Of a stretch of DNA of 64,000 nt, positions 13,325 to 25,405 are shown piece by piece (positions within the stretch are counted from its first letter, which is position 1; each line of letters starts with the position of its first letter). Position numbers and translations under genes: made by a program. The notes beneath the pieces are model-generated. The model did no database searches and was not told where the DNA came from. It saw only the letters and a list, made by a program, of their open reading frames with translations. This DNA comes from Geosiphon pyriformis uo1 (lineage: Eukaryota; Fungi; Glomeromycota): NCBI GenBank assembly GCA_016748015.1, contig JAAOMT010000128.1, positions 2,363,538 through 2,427,537 on the forward strand, in the 5' to 3' direction.

Positions 13325-14994
13325 ATGGCACCCTTATTTTGACGAAACTGATGTAGAAGATTGGGACCTTTTACAATTTCATATTAGAGTGGATCCGTGC
13401 TAATGAGGGGAATCCGGTAAACCTAGCTTACGATAAATCTTCAGACGCACTCGCCAAAAGTCTCCTGCGATTGTAAATAGATGCTCAGACGATGAAAAAG
13501 TTACGAAACCAAAGAGCCTTTTGGCTGTTATTAAAGCAAGTTTACGTTTAGTATGATTTTTTTTGAATGCTATGTCATAATAAGAGTTTCTATATGAAAC
13601 AAATATTGGCTGTTATACGGGCATAATTCAATGTTTCATCTATAACAAGGAGGCGGCTTTTAGCTACTCCTCTGATGGGCTTTTAGCTCGTTGTAGTCTC
13701 TGGTTTCTATCAGTGAGTAGAAACTCTAAATGTCTGTTAGGCATCCATGGCTAGGAATTATGGCTTTTAGCTGTTTTTCTGACGGGCTTTTAGCTTGCTG
13801 TGGCTTGATATAGCACTTGTTGCAGAAAATTTTTTGTTCATAATAAGCGTTTCTATATGAAACAAATATTGGCTGTTATACGGGCATAATTCAATGTTTC
13901 ATCTATAACAAGGAGGCGGCTTTTAGCTACTCCTCTGATGGGCTTTTAGCTCGTTGTAGTCTCTGGTTTCTATCAGTGAGTAGAAACTTCCTTGTTTACA
14001 ATTCAAGAGTGGAAGGAAGTTACAGAAGATAATCCTTATACTGTTCAAGAATCCTCACTTTCACCTGATATTTTGTCATCGCTTAATGAAGCATCGTTTA
14101 ACCATTTTCTCGGCATGGACACATATATGGAAGGTGGAAAGTCAAAACTAAGTAGACTAGTTGCACGGTCGTTTAATGACTTGTAAGTAATATAATTTTA
14201 TAATATATACATGAGATTGTAGCCTATATAATTTTTTTTTACATCGTAGATATCACAATACTATGAATATTGCTCCGATAAAATTATCCGAAGAAGAACA
14301 TTGTTTAAATTTTTTATATCCAATCGTTCGTCCATTTTTCGGTGGTGAAAAAGAATACGATTTAGTATTAAACCGTTCTAATGCGGGTTCCAAAAAAAGA
14401 CCGGACCTTTCATGTGTGGTAAATGGTATACCGATCTTGAATTCGGAATTTAAACCTTTTGGAAGTACATCACTACAACGAATGAAGGACAGACTGAAGG
14501 TGCAGTTAAGGGCCCGAAAATCCATTAATCAACAATTACAAAGTAAGGGAGGCCCGGGCAAAGCCGTAATATTCTTAAACGCAGGTAGGTGAGAGATTGC
14601 ATGGGAATTATATATATATATATATTGATTTGTTTTCTGTGACAATTAGGCGATTTAATGGAATCTTACTCTATGGATCTTAAGTACGACGGTTTATACC
14701 GTTCCTGGCCATTCCTCACTACCAGGCTGGTAGTTGACAAGACTATGCTTCCGCTTGCAGGAGTTGCGATCCATCATTTGGTATCTTTAGAGGTATATGT
14801 CACATTTTCCTTGTTTATAATGAGAAATTTCACTTAATTTCATTTGCCCTTTACAATGACAGAAGCACGTTGAATCGATCGCAAAGGATTTTAAATATAG
14901 AAAAAGTTATAGTGGCAATACCACACCAACCGAACAAATGTCTTTTATGCGTAAATTTCCAGACTCACCACAAGTAAGATTGTTACTTAAGTAA
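13325..14994 (+). pseudogene. Intron-containing PD-(D/E)xK (restriction-endonuclease-fold, Crinkler-REase-like) gene; 5' part disrupted
   Basis: Clean 3' exons: about 13992-14182, 14250-14584, 14650-14792 and 14863-14994 (GT-AG introns, stop TAA). Motif E(EH)...RPDL...NSEFK. The 5' exon from 13325 is frameshifted and a duplicated block interrupts the gene. Confidence 0.65.
13575..13988. repeat. 151-bp direct repeat (13575-13725 and 13838-13988, 1 mismatch) with internal GGCTTTTAGCT motifs
   Basis: Direct alignment by eye. Confidence 0.9.
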
Positions 14995-15130
14995 TAAAGG
15001 TCTGATATAGGCACTTCCTCTTGAGAAATATAATTTCCATCAATCGCTATATCTCAATACACTTAATACGTTCAAATGGCTTGGACAAGTGCAGACCAAT
15101 TAATTGCGAAAGTTTATAGTGTTTTATTTC

Positions 15131-15246
15131 GAATCCTTATTTATTCAATTTGCTTTCTTATTGTAATTCTCTCTTTGATTAATTTTATTACTTTACAATC
15201 CTGTTTTCTTTTGCTATTTGTTAGCTTGTTACTCCAACTTATAATA
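15131..15246 (+). repeat. 3' fragment of an A-family LTR
   Basis: Matches 2783-2896 and 25290-25405 (...GTTAGCTTGTTACTCCAAC...). Confidence 0.8.
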
Positions 15247-15714
15247 ATACCAAAAAAGAGATATTAGTTATAGTTTTTTTATTCTTTGCTCTAATTATGA
15301 TCATAAAATTAAGGAGACAAAAAGTTTTTTATTTTTTATTAAATAATATTCTACATAAGAATAATTTTATAATTACATGTTTCAAATTTAATTTATAGAT
15401 TGATTTTTTTACAATTAAAAAAATGTAAAAAATTATTGTTATGTAAATTACAAGTAATTATGTTTATATAATTTTATAATTTATTATTGTAGAACACATA
15501 TATATTGTATGTTAGTAAATAGTGGTTAGATTAATACTTAATACAGCATTTAAAAAAAATACATTGTAAATGAAAAATTTGAATGTAAAAATTGATTTTA
15601 TAATATTTAACATTTAAATATTAAAACTTTAGTTTAAATAATTATAATAATGAAAAAAATTAAAAATTGTGAATTTGTAATGTTACACATATCTAATTAT
15701 CACGTCGAACTTAG

Positions 15715-15734
15715 TTTCGCGCTTTCTAACGCGA
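15715..15734 (+). promoter_or_regulatory. G1/S cell-cycle elements upstream of POL3: E2F/SCB-like TTTCGCGC and MCB-like ACGCGA
   Basis: About 60-80 bp upstream of the ATG of a replication gene. The first matches the E2F consensus TTTSSCGC. Confidence 0.55.
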
Positions 15735-15792
15735 CACCCCACTTCTCTCATTTCGTATTTCTCTGAGGTTCAGCAGACGTATTCTTGTCAAA

Positions 15793-18700
15793 ATGGACAA
15801 AAAATGGAAAGTTAACTCAGCGAGCAGCTCCAACTTTGCTTCCTCTTTTGAAAATCAATTAGCACAGTTGCATGAAAACGAAAAGCTTAGCGGTATTCCG
15901 AGTGTAGGTCTGTAAAAGTTTATACAAGTCATTTCCATTTATTCCAACAGAATTTTAAACCTTTCTTTGAATATGTTGCTAGTGGAAAAACGGCGACAAA
16001 CATGGGCACGCTCGAGACCTTCCCCAATTAATCCCAAAGAGGCGATATGTACGTTTAACGATATCTGTATTCCATAATTTGCTACTGACTCACCGTTCGT
16101 TCATAGTGTTTCAGCAAATAGAGATTGACGAATATACAGATATTTTGACGGGAAACCCTGTGATACGGTTATATGGAATTACAGAGGTGATAATACTTCA
16201 TTGAAATCATTCCATGTCTATTATTTTCAATTTGCGATTAACCAAAATTTTTATATGATAATTAAGACAGGGAATAGTGTCCTTTGCCATATATTTGGGT
16301 TTTTGCCATATTTTTATATTCCAGCCCCTGTTGGATTCAAAGATCGAGACCTTACTCAATTTCAGAAATGTTTAGAGGTTCTAAAACTTTCTATTAAATG
16401 GTTTTATATTTATGATTCTTAACCTTTCTTTTTTTAGCCGCTCATCACGATAGGGAATAACCCAATTTTCAAGATTGAGATTGTTTTAAAAGAGAGTATA
16501 TGGGGTTTTCATGGGAATAGGAAAAGTCCTTTTCTCAAAATTATTTTTAATGACTCTAAAGCAATGATAAAAGCAAGAAATATCCTTTTTCTTTCGGTTT
16601 TGATAAATTGTTTAACCAATACCATATAAAAAGACTTAATTCCTAAAACGTCTCATCGAAAGTAGATCATTTAATTACGACGGGCTTCGAGAAATGACAT
16701 TTGAAAGCAACATACCATACGTGCTCAGATTTATGATTGACTGCAAGGTATCAGCAGGTCAGGTTTTGGCATTTCACGCGTTAGGAATCTCTTATAACAT
16801 TATACTTTTAGGTTACCGGCGCAAATTGGATTGAACTGCCGGCAAACGAATATTCGATTCGCTCTGACGCTAGGAAGATATCAAATTGCCAATTTGAACT
16901 GGAAACCAGGTATGAGCCAAGAAAATTGATATCCTCAATTTAGCCTTAATTCATCATCAACTCAATAAATTTTAGATACGAAAACTTTATCAGTCATGCT
17001 CCTGATGGGTATTGGTCCAAAATTGCACCTTTACGGATCCTCAGCTTTGATATTGAATGCGCCGGTAGAAAAGGCAAATTCCCTGAACCGCAAGTTGACC
17101 CCGTAATTCAAATTGCTAACACAGTTACCGTACAGGGTCAGGTTTATATTCTATTTGAGTATTTTACTCTTACTATGTCCAACTGTTTCCAACTGCATAT
17201 ATAAACAGGGGAGAGTAAGCCTTTTATTCGCAATGTGTTTACCTTAAATTCATGCGCCCCAATCGTCGCGACCGACATCATTGAAGTTTATGACGAAGGC
17301 CAATTGTTAAAGTCTTGGCGAGATTTTGTTGTTGAAGTAAAAATAATTTTTGTTAAAATTTCAACTGCTTTATCTTGGATATGTTGAATTTTTTTAAAGT
17401 GTTTTTCCCGCTCACAGGTCGACCCTGATGTGATAATTGGCTATAATATTGCCAATTTTGATTTTCCTTATTTATTAGACCGCGCTCTATGCCTCAAGGA
17501 GATAAGCTTCCCATATCTTGGACGAATATTAAGTAATACTTTTTGGTATTCTATCTAATCACCAAATTACTTTTTGTCTCACCTTTGATTCCTTTAGAAT
17601 CAAAAACTGAAGCAAAAGACACAACATTTTCATCAAAAGCATATGGCACTCGTGAAAGCAAATCCATCAATATCCTTTTTTATTGTTATTCAATTGATAT
17701 TTCGTCAAATTCGTTAAATATTACCATGACATAAACTTACATATTGAAGGTCGAATCCAGCTTGACATGCTTCAAGTAATGCAGAGGGATCATAAATTGA
17801 GGTCTTACACCCTCAATTCTGTAGCGGCTCACTTTCTGGGTAATATCAGACCAATTTTACGAAAGAATTCGAATTTATTGTCAATTCTGCTTATCAAAAT
17901 TTGTTCTTAATTTAATAGGTGAACAAAAAGAAGAAGTTCACCATTCAATAATCACTGACCTGCAAAATGGGAACAGCGAGACACGTCGTCGCTTAGCCAT
18001 TTATTGTCTCAAGGTATTTAAGCTACCCAACATTTTGATCTCACTAGCGCTATCCTTTGTTGATCTTCGAACTTCCATTACAAGGATGCTTTTCTGCCAC
18101 AGCGGCTGATGGATAAGTTAATGTGTCTTATTAACTACTTGGAAATGGCCAGAGTGACTGGTATACCCTTCAGTTATCTTTTAGCGCGAGGTCAACAAAT
18201 TAAAGTCATATCACAGCTCTACCGAAAAGCGTTTGAACAAAGCTTGGTCATTCCCGCTTTAAAGCCAGAAGGTAACAAATTACTTATATCTTGAAAATTT
18301 AAGGTAATCTTTGCGATATATTTTTTTTTGCAGGCCTTCAAGAACCCTATGAAGGAGCCACAGTGATTGAACCTCAAAGAGGATATTATAATCTCCCTAT
18401 TGCAACACTTGATTTTACCTCATTGTATCCATCCATCATGATGGCACACAATATTTGTTATACAACGTTATTGGATAATGATGTCATTCAAAATCTCAAT
18501 TTAAAGCAAGATATTGATTATATACAAACACCCGAGAACGGTAGGTATTCCAACTCATTATTATAAATTGAAATCATTTTGTTCATCTTCTCAATTTGTT
18601 CCTTTGGACTAGCTCGTTTCATCAAAACACATCATCGCAAAGGTCTTCTGCCCACCATTTTAGAGGATTTATTATCGGCTCGTAAAAAAGCGAAAGAAGA

Positions 18701-20781
18701 TTTGAAAAAGGAAACTGATCCTTTTAAAAAAGCAGTTTTAGATGGGCGACAATGGGCTCTTAAAGTAATGTTGGTTTCTTGCCAAATACACCTGACAACT
18801 TGTTCATAACTATTTTTTGACAAAAGATTAGTGCAAACTCTGTTTATGGGTTCACTGGGGCAACAGTTGGGAAGCTTCCTTGCATTGAAATTTCTTCCAG
18901 CGTCACAGGATACGGTCGCGAAATGATTGAGAAAACAAAACAGGTGTGTAAAATATGACACCATTAACATTATTCATAAATTTTATTTTTATAATGTAAA
19001 CAAGATTGTATTTTAGGAAGTTGAAAAACACTATACAATTGCAAACGGATATAAAAATAACGCCACAGTTATCTATGGAGATACTGACTCTGTTATGGTC
19101 AACTTTGGCATTGACAATTTAGAAGAGACGATGAAATTAGGTAATGCAATTGTTATCCACTGTAGACTGTTAAAATTTTCTCAATTAAATTAAAAATAAT
19201 GTATATTATTAGGGAAAAAAGCGGCTGAACTTGTTACAAGCAAATTTATAAAGCCTATCAACCTTGAGTTCGAAAAAGTTTATTTCCCATATCTGCTCAT
19301 AAGCAAGAAACGCTACGCCGGTTTATATTGGACGAGGCCCGAGAAATGGGATAAATTAGAAACAAAGGGCATAGAGGTAAGTCTTTCTTCAATTTAATAG
19401 AAATCAAGGCTTCACGAGTTATTGTATTTTACTTTATATCTTTCTTTAGACAGTCAGACGTGATAACTGTTTGCTGGTACAACATGTTATCGAGACTTGC
19501 TTAAGGAAAATATTAGTCGACCGAGATGTAGATGGAGCTAAAGAGTAACCAACTTTTGCGTTTAATGCCTAATATCTTGATCATAAATTGACTAACCCTT
19601 TTATATATTTCTTAAAAACTAGTTATACGATGAAAATAATCTCTGATCTGCTTCAAAACAAAATCGACATGTCTCAGCTTGTGATTACCAAAGCCCTCAG
19701 CAAATCAGAAGAAGGCATGTATTTTGACAAATAAATGCATATCGTATTATTTGATTGTGCATTATTTTATCTTTCTTTGTGATAGATTATGCTGGAAAAC
19801 AAGCCCATGTAGAATTAGCCGGAAGAATGCGAAAACGGGATGCTGGTACAATTTGCTTTTCGCCATGTGCAAATGCGGTTTATTAAACGCGGTCTTTTAA
19901 TAACCAAAATTTCCCTTATGTGCTAGGATCTGCTCCAACTCTTGGAGATAGGGTAGCATACGTGATTGTAAAAGCTGCCAAAGGTTAGAAATAAAATTTT
20001 CAAAAAATAACGTTTATTGCACATAATTTGCCCTAAAAGTGGGTTCATTCTTTAACCACAAGGTGCGGCCGCTTACCAAAAGTCTGAAGATCCTATTTAT
20101 GTACTTGAAAATAATATACCTATCGATACAAAATATTATTTGGATAACCAATTGTCCAAGCCGTTAATGCGCATTTTTGAACCCATTTTGGGGGATAAAG
20201 CTCAAATCTTACGTTTGTATAATGAAAAATGGTGTTTTCCAGTTTCTTTTAATGATATTCTAATTTCATACATTCTATAGTCGATGGGGATCACACCCGA
20301 AAAATTGCTGTTCAAACCCCTGTCAACGGAGGCTTAATGAAATTCATCGAAAAAACAGCGACTTGTTTGGGATGTAAAACCCGCCTTGGGAAGAATGGTA
20401 AATCCTGGGTTTGCTTAAAATTAGTTTTATATTCCTCATTCTGAATTATTTCCAAAATAGAATCGGCCGTTTGCCGTCATTGTACACCTAAATTAAGTGG
20501 GTTATACCGAAAACAGGTATTCTCTAAAATTATATATTCACTATCGAATACTAAATGAAAATTCATTTTGATATTCTTATAATTCGCAGCTTTCTACTGT
20601 TAAAGATCTAGAAGTACAATTCGCACGTTTATGGACCCAATGTCAAAGATGTCAAGGGAGTCTACATCAAGAGGTAATCTGCACCAACAATACCTGTCCA
20701 ATTTATTTCGCCCGCAAAAAAGCTCAGAAAGATGTTCAGGAGGCTTCCACAGTGATGGAACGATTTAATTATACCTGGTAA
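15793..20781 (+). CDS. POL3: DNA polymerase delta catalytic subunit, 27 exons / 26 short introns
   Basis: Spliced by hand in continuous frame. Exonuclease motifs [14 protein letters not shown] and YCLKD; polymerase motifs [23 protein letters not shown] and KKRYAG; C-terminal CysA (CLGC..CRHC) and CysB (CQRC..C..C). Intron starts: 15908 (alternative donor 15893), 16049, 16187, 16378, 16580, 16748, 16910, 17137, 17337, 17533, 17670, 17840, 18014, 18272, 18541, 18765, 18944, 19141, 19377, 19545, 19715, 19846, 19984, 20213, 20398, 20517. Confidence 0.97.
16580..16649 (+). other. U12-type AT-AC intron (POL3 intron 5)
   Basis: 5' ATATCCTTTT, branch-like GACTTAAT about 10 nt before the terminal AC. 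Removal gives KAR-S-LIES in frame. Confidence 0.9.
17670..17740 (+). other. U12-type AT-AC intron (POL3 intron 11)
   Basis: 5' ATATCCTTTT, branch-like ACCATGAC about 10 nt before the terminal AC. Removal restores the conserved [11 protein letters not shown]. Confidence 0.92.
19715..19785 (+). other. GC-AG intron (POL3 intron 21)
   Basis: AG|GCATGT donor is the only nearby phase-1 option that gives [11 protein letters not shown]. Confidence 0.8.
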
Positions 20782-20999
20782 TATTGAGAATTAAGCATTA
20801 CTGTTTGAGGTCGTCCCGCCGCAAAAGGAAAAAACCCAACAAGAATTTAGGTGCTGAACATAAAGTTCGGCTGTGATTTTTGTAAATCCAAACATGATAT
20901 TTTGCTGGTATGTCATATGATACTTTGGTGTATTGGAGTATTAATAATTATTAAACCATTTGTACCCAAATATGTAGATATTTAACTTAAAAGAAATTA

Positions 21000-22589
21000 A
21001 TAAAAGTATAATTTTAAGTCAAGTTCTATTTCAATTAAATAAAATTTTTAAGGTTTTTAGCAGAATTCGAAATGCTTTACAAAGCATTTATTTATGTTTG
21101 ATAAATTATTAATTGTTTTAAATAAATATCAATTTTTTAAACAACTTATTGATTATTAAAATATTTAATTCTAAATTTAAATTTAAGCTTTTTTTTTACA
21201 AAGTTAGTTAATTAAAATTAAATCTTAATTTTTTTTAGTTTTTGTATTAAGTTTATTAATAATTATTAATAATACAACAAATTAATTAGTAGTTAAAATA
21301 TTTAATACAAAATTAACTAATTGATTAAACACAATTTTTTGAAAATATGCATTTTATTAAATGTTTTAAAAAAACCAAAAACAATAGTTTTATAAATTAA
21401 AGCCAAATAATTTAAACTTTAATAATAATTAAATTTAATTAAAAAATAAAACAGATTTAATAATATATTTAAACAATAATATTAATAATTTTATAAACAA
21501 TAAAACCAAAAAAAAATCAAATAATTTGATTTTAAAAATATTTTTTAAAGCAATTAATAGTATTTTTACCAATAAAACACTTAAAATTATAAAGACTATT
21601 TAATAACTAATAATTAAGTTATTTTTATTATTATTATTTTTGTTATAATTGTATTAATTATAAGACTTAATTTGAATTTGGTTTTAAATAATAACTTTTT
21701 ACTTTTTTTGAACAATAATAATAATACCATATTTTTTAAAACTAATTAATAATTAATTATATGATTTATTATAGCAATTTTTGGTCAATTTTTACTGGTT
21801 TTAAAAATAAAACAAACCATATTTTTGTATATATTTTTAATTAATTAACTTATTAAGTTATTTAATCTTAAAGATTAAATTAATTAAATAAAAACTAAAT
21901 TTATGTTTTTTTTTGTTTTTTAATAATACTGTCTTTAATAATAATTAAAAAATAATTATTTAGTTATTAAAATTTTTTGAATAAATAGTCTTTATTTTAG
22001 TGTTTAATAATAATATTAAAATTAATTTAATTTATATTAAGACTGTATTTCTGTTTTTACATAATTTATTTAAATTTAATTTAATTATTAAAACAATATT
22101 AAACTTTTTTGTAATATTTAAATTGAACTTTTTAATTATTATTATTTTTTTACTTTTAAAATTGTAAAGTTTTTTATGGTATTTATTAATTTTTTTTGTT
22201 GTTGTTTTTTCCAATATTTTTTAGGTTTGTAATTATACTTATTATTTTTTATTTTTGTTTAATAATTATAATATATAATTATTACTTTAAAAAAATATTG
22301 TATTTAATAAAAAACTTTTATTTATTAATATTATTTGTATAATTTTAATTTAAAATTCGAATTTTTATATGCTTTTTAAGTTTATCAGTAAAACTTTAAT
22401 AACTGTTTACACTTATCTAATGAAAACAGTCTATAAAAAATTGCCAATTGTTATCAGAAAAAAACTTTATAACAAAAATTATCCAGATGTTTTATGCTTA
22501 TTATTTAATAATATTGAATTGCCTAATTATGTTTTTACTTATTCAAAAAATGCTGCTGTATATTTTGAAATATTACTTGATCATGTTGA
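21000..22589 (+). mobile_element. Extremely AT-decayed LINE ORF2 remnant (C-terminal zinc-finger region recognisable)
   Basis: 22369-22599 reads YLMKTVYKKLPI..RKKLY...YP..LCLL....E...YVFT, a decayed zf-RVT-like C-terminus. Left boundary uncertain. Confidence 0.5.
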
Positions 22590-24656
22590 TATTACTTAAA
22601 GAAAAGTACAAAGAAAAAAAGTAGAAAAAACAAATAGAAAAAATAAATTTATAGGAGAATAATACTTAGCAAGTAAGCACAATATCAGAAATTATAATAT
22701 ATTATTTAGCAATATGTATATTGTTAGTAAATTATAATACACTGCTTAGTAATGAGAACATTGTCAGAAAATTATAACATTTCTTAACAATAAAAGCATT
22801 GTTAGAAAAAATAGGGCACATTGCTTAAGAAAATATGAAATTTTATATAACAAAAAATTATGTATATATAGTAAAAGTATTAAAAGCAGAAAAAACAGAA
22901 TTAATACCAACAATTAATTAATTATTTAATATTTTTTCCTTCAAAAGGTAGTTTTCTACAACTTAAAATAGAATCAAATTACATATTAATAAAATATTTA
23001 TTATTATTTAAATTCATGTTATTATTACTTGATTAAGAAATATTAATTATTTTTACTCTATTAACACTCTATATTGATAAAATTCAATACTTAATCATAC
23101 TGAATTAATAGCTCTTGATTATAACTATTAACAAAATATTAATTTTTTAATTTCTTTTATTTTTTTATTTTTATTTTTTGTTTTATTTCTTTATTATTTA
23201 CTAATTAATTAAAAAAATTAAGTATTGAATTATTAACATTAAAAAGAACTGGTAAAAGATCTATAAAACAAAGATAAACACTCGAAAAGTAAAGATACCT
23301 TATCAGAAAGAACTAGCCATTAAAGTAAGAAAAAAATTCACAGAATAAGCTTCTAGAAAAATACTAAAACAAACATTAAATCTCTGTTCATTATACAAAA
23401 AACTTAACCAAAATCTTCAGATCATAAAAACCTTTAGAAAATACTAATCATATAAGCTATTAAGCACCAAGTTACAAATTTGTTATTTGTACCAACACTC
23501 CAAATAATTATTTGTAATATTTGGTGCTTTTTGTAAAGTATAATCTAGTAAAAAACTAGTATTAACAACAATCATTCAGAACAGTAGCAGAATCAAAAAA
23601 AATAGAAACAAACCACTTGGAATTTGTGAAAGCTTTATTCCAACATTACCAAATATATCTGAAACTAACAAATAAATATTGACCAGCAGAATTAGCTTTC
23701 AACTTTTATGTCAACAAAAAAATTAAATTTTATTTAAAAGACCAAAAAAATTTGAAAGCAACATTCAACAACTTTTATAGTGAATTATTCCAGAGCATTA
23801 TGCTTCTACAAAATTATTTATTTGTTTTAATAATCACAGAAATCAACAGAAAAATTGAAAAGCATATTTGACAGAAATTTTTTATTATCTTTACAGACAA
23901 TAAAAAAAGAAAATTACAAATACTAGCAAAAACACCAAGAAAAATACAACCACCTATATGAAAAAAATCAAGAGTAGTTTTATTTATCATACTATCATAC
24001 ACCAAAAAATATCATTCAAATAACATCAACCATGACCATATTAAAAACACTATTACTTAGAATACTGTTTTAAAACAATTAAAAAAAAGCCAAATTATTA
24101 AGAACTTATAGTGATTTCTTTAAAGAATTTAAATTACAACCAACAATTTCATTAGAGCTTTAATCACCATCACTTTAACCAAATTTCAGAGCCACTAGTC
24201 CTTAGAAAAAACTGACTTAAAAGAAAAAAAAGACAATGATTAAGAAATTCATAATCAAAACCTGATTTCAGAAAACCCAGAAATTCAAACTCTGATTGTT
24301 TCAACCCAGCAAAATCTGAACAATCTAAATCCAGCTTCTATTATTCCACCAAATTTATTTTCAGTAAATCTGATTAATTAACTACCAATTGCACTAATTA
24401 TTATGCCATAACAATCATAACAACAATAATATTTTATACAAATAGCATATGTACCAATTACTAAACTTGAAAAGTTCATTAATAAAGAAGACAATATTCA
24501 AGCATAATTCAACAATATGAAAAAAGCCATCACAGCTAATGGATAGGATGACATTAAAGCATTTCAAGCCATTTTATATTTTTTGCAGAATACTATTAAC
24601 TTGTGATATCAGAATCTCATGAACAAACCACAAAATTTTACTGTATTCAAAACTGC

Positions 24657-25405
24657 TATTATGGTTGAAACTCATATTTTTTATTAGTTATTACATGTAT
24701 TAGCCATTGATGTCATATAATTAGCTACCCTATTTTTAGATAGTAATTATTAATCTGATTAATAACTTGACTGTTAACCTAATTATTGACCTAATCATTA
24801 ATTTGATTAATGACTTGATCATTGACTTGATTATTAATCTATTTATTGATTTGGTTATTAATCACTTTTAATAGTTATATAAACAATAAGTCTCTTAGCT
24901 ATAAAAAGACATGATCAAAGTAATGAAATAAAATCCATTATCAATTACTTTTTTTCATATTACTTATTTTCTTTTCCTTATCTTTAAGTATCTGAACATT
25001 TTGGAATAAAAGATTACTTGTTGGTATTTATATACTTTATTTTTTCCTTTATTGATTTGTATTTATTAAAATTAGCCTGAGAAGCAATTGCTTGCTTTTG
25101 TAATTTACTGAATAAAAAAATGATTAAAAAGCACAATAATACCTGTTATTGATTTTAAAAATTACCAAGTTAAAACATAGAATAATAGCAGCAGTATTAT
25201 CTTGTTGACAATTATAAACTATTTCTCTATTTTCAGATTTTCAGAAAAGATTTACAACTGTGATTTTTATAAGACTGATTATGTACATTGAATTTTTATT
25301 TATTTAATTCACTTTTTTATTGTAATTTTCTCTTTGATTTTTTCTATCACCCTACAATTCTGTTCTTTTTTATTATCTATTAATTTGTTATTTCAATCTG
25401 TAATA
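24657..25405 (+). mobile_element. Solo A-family LTR inside element C gag
   Basis: Aligns to 2160-2896. TSD CTGC/CTGT. Removal restores FKTAFLQYF. Confidence 0.9.

Noticed and set aside
15793-20781. Family-B polymerase near integrases as a Polinton or viral polymerase
   Set aside because: It is a canonical intron-rich cellular Pol delta with CysA/CysB motifs, and the integrases belong to LTR elements.
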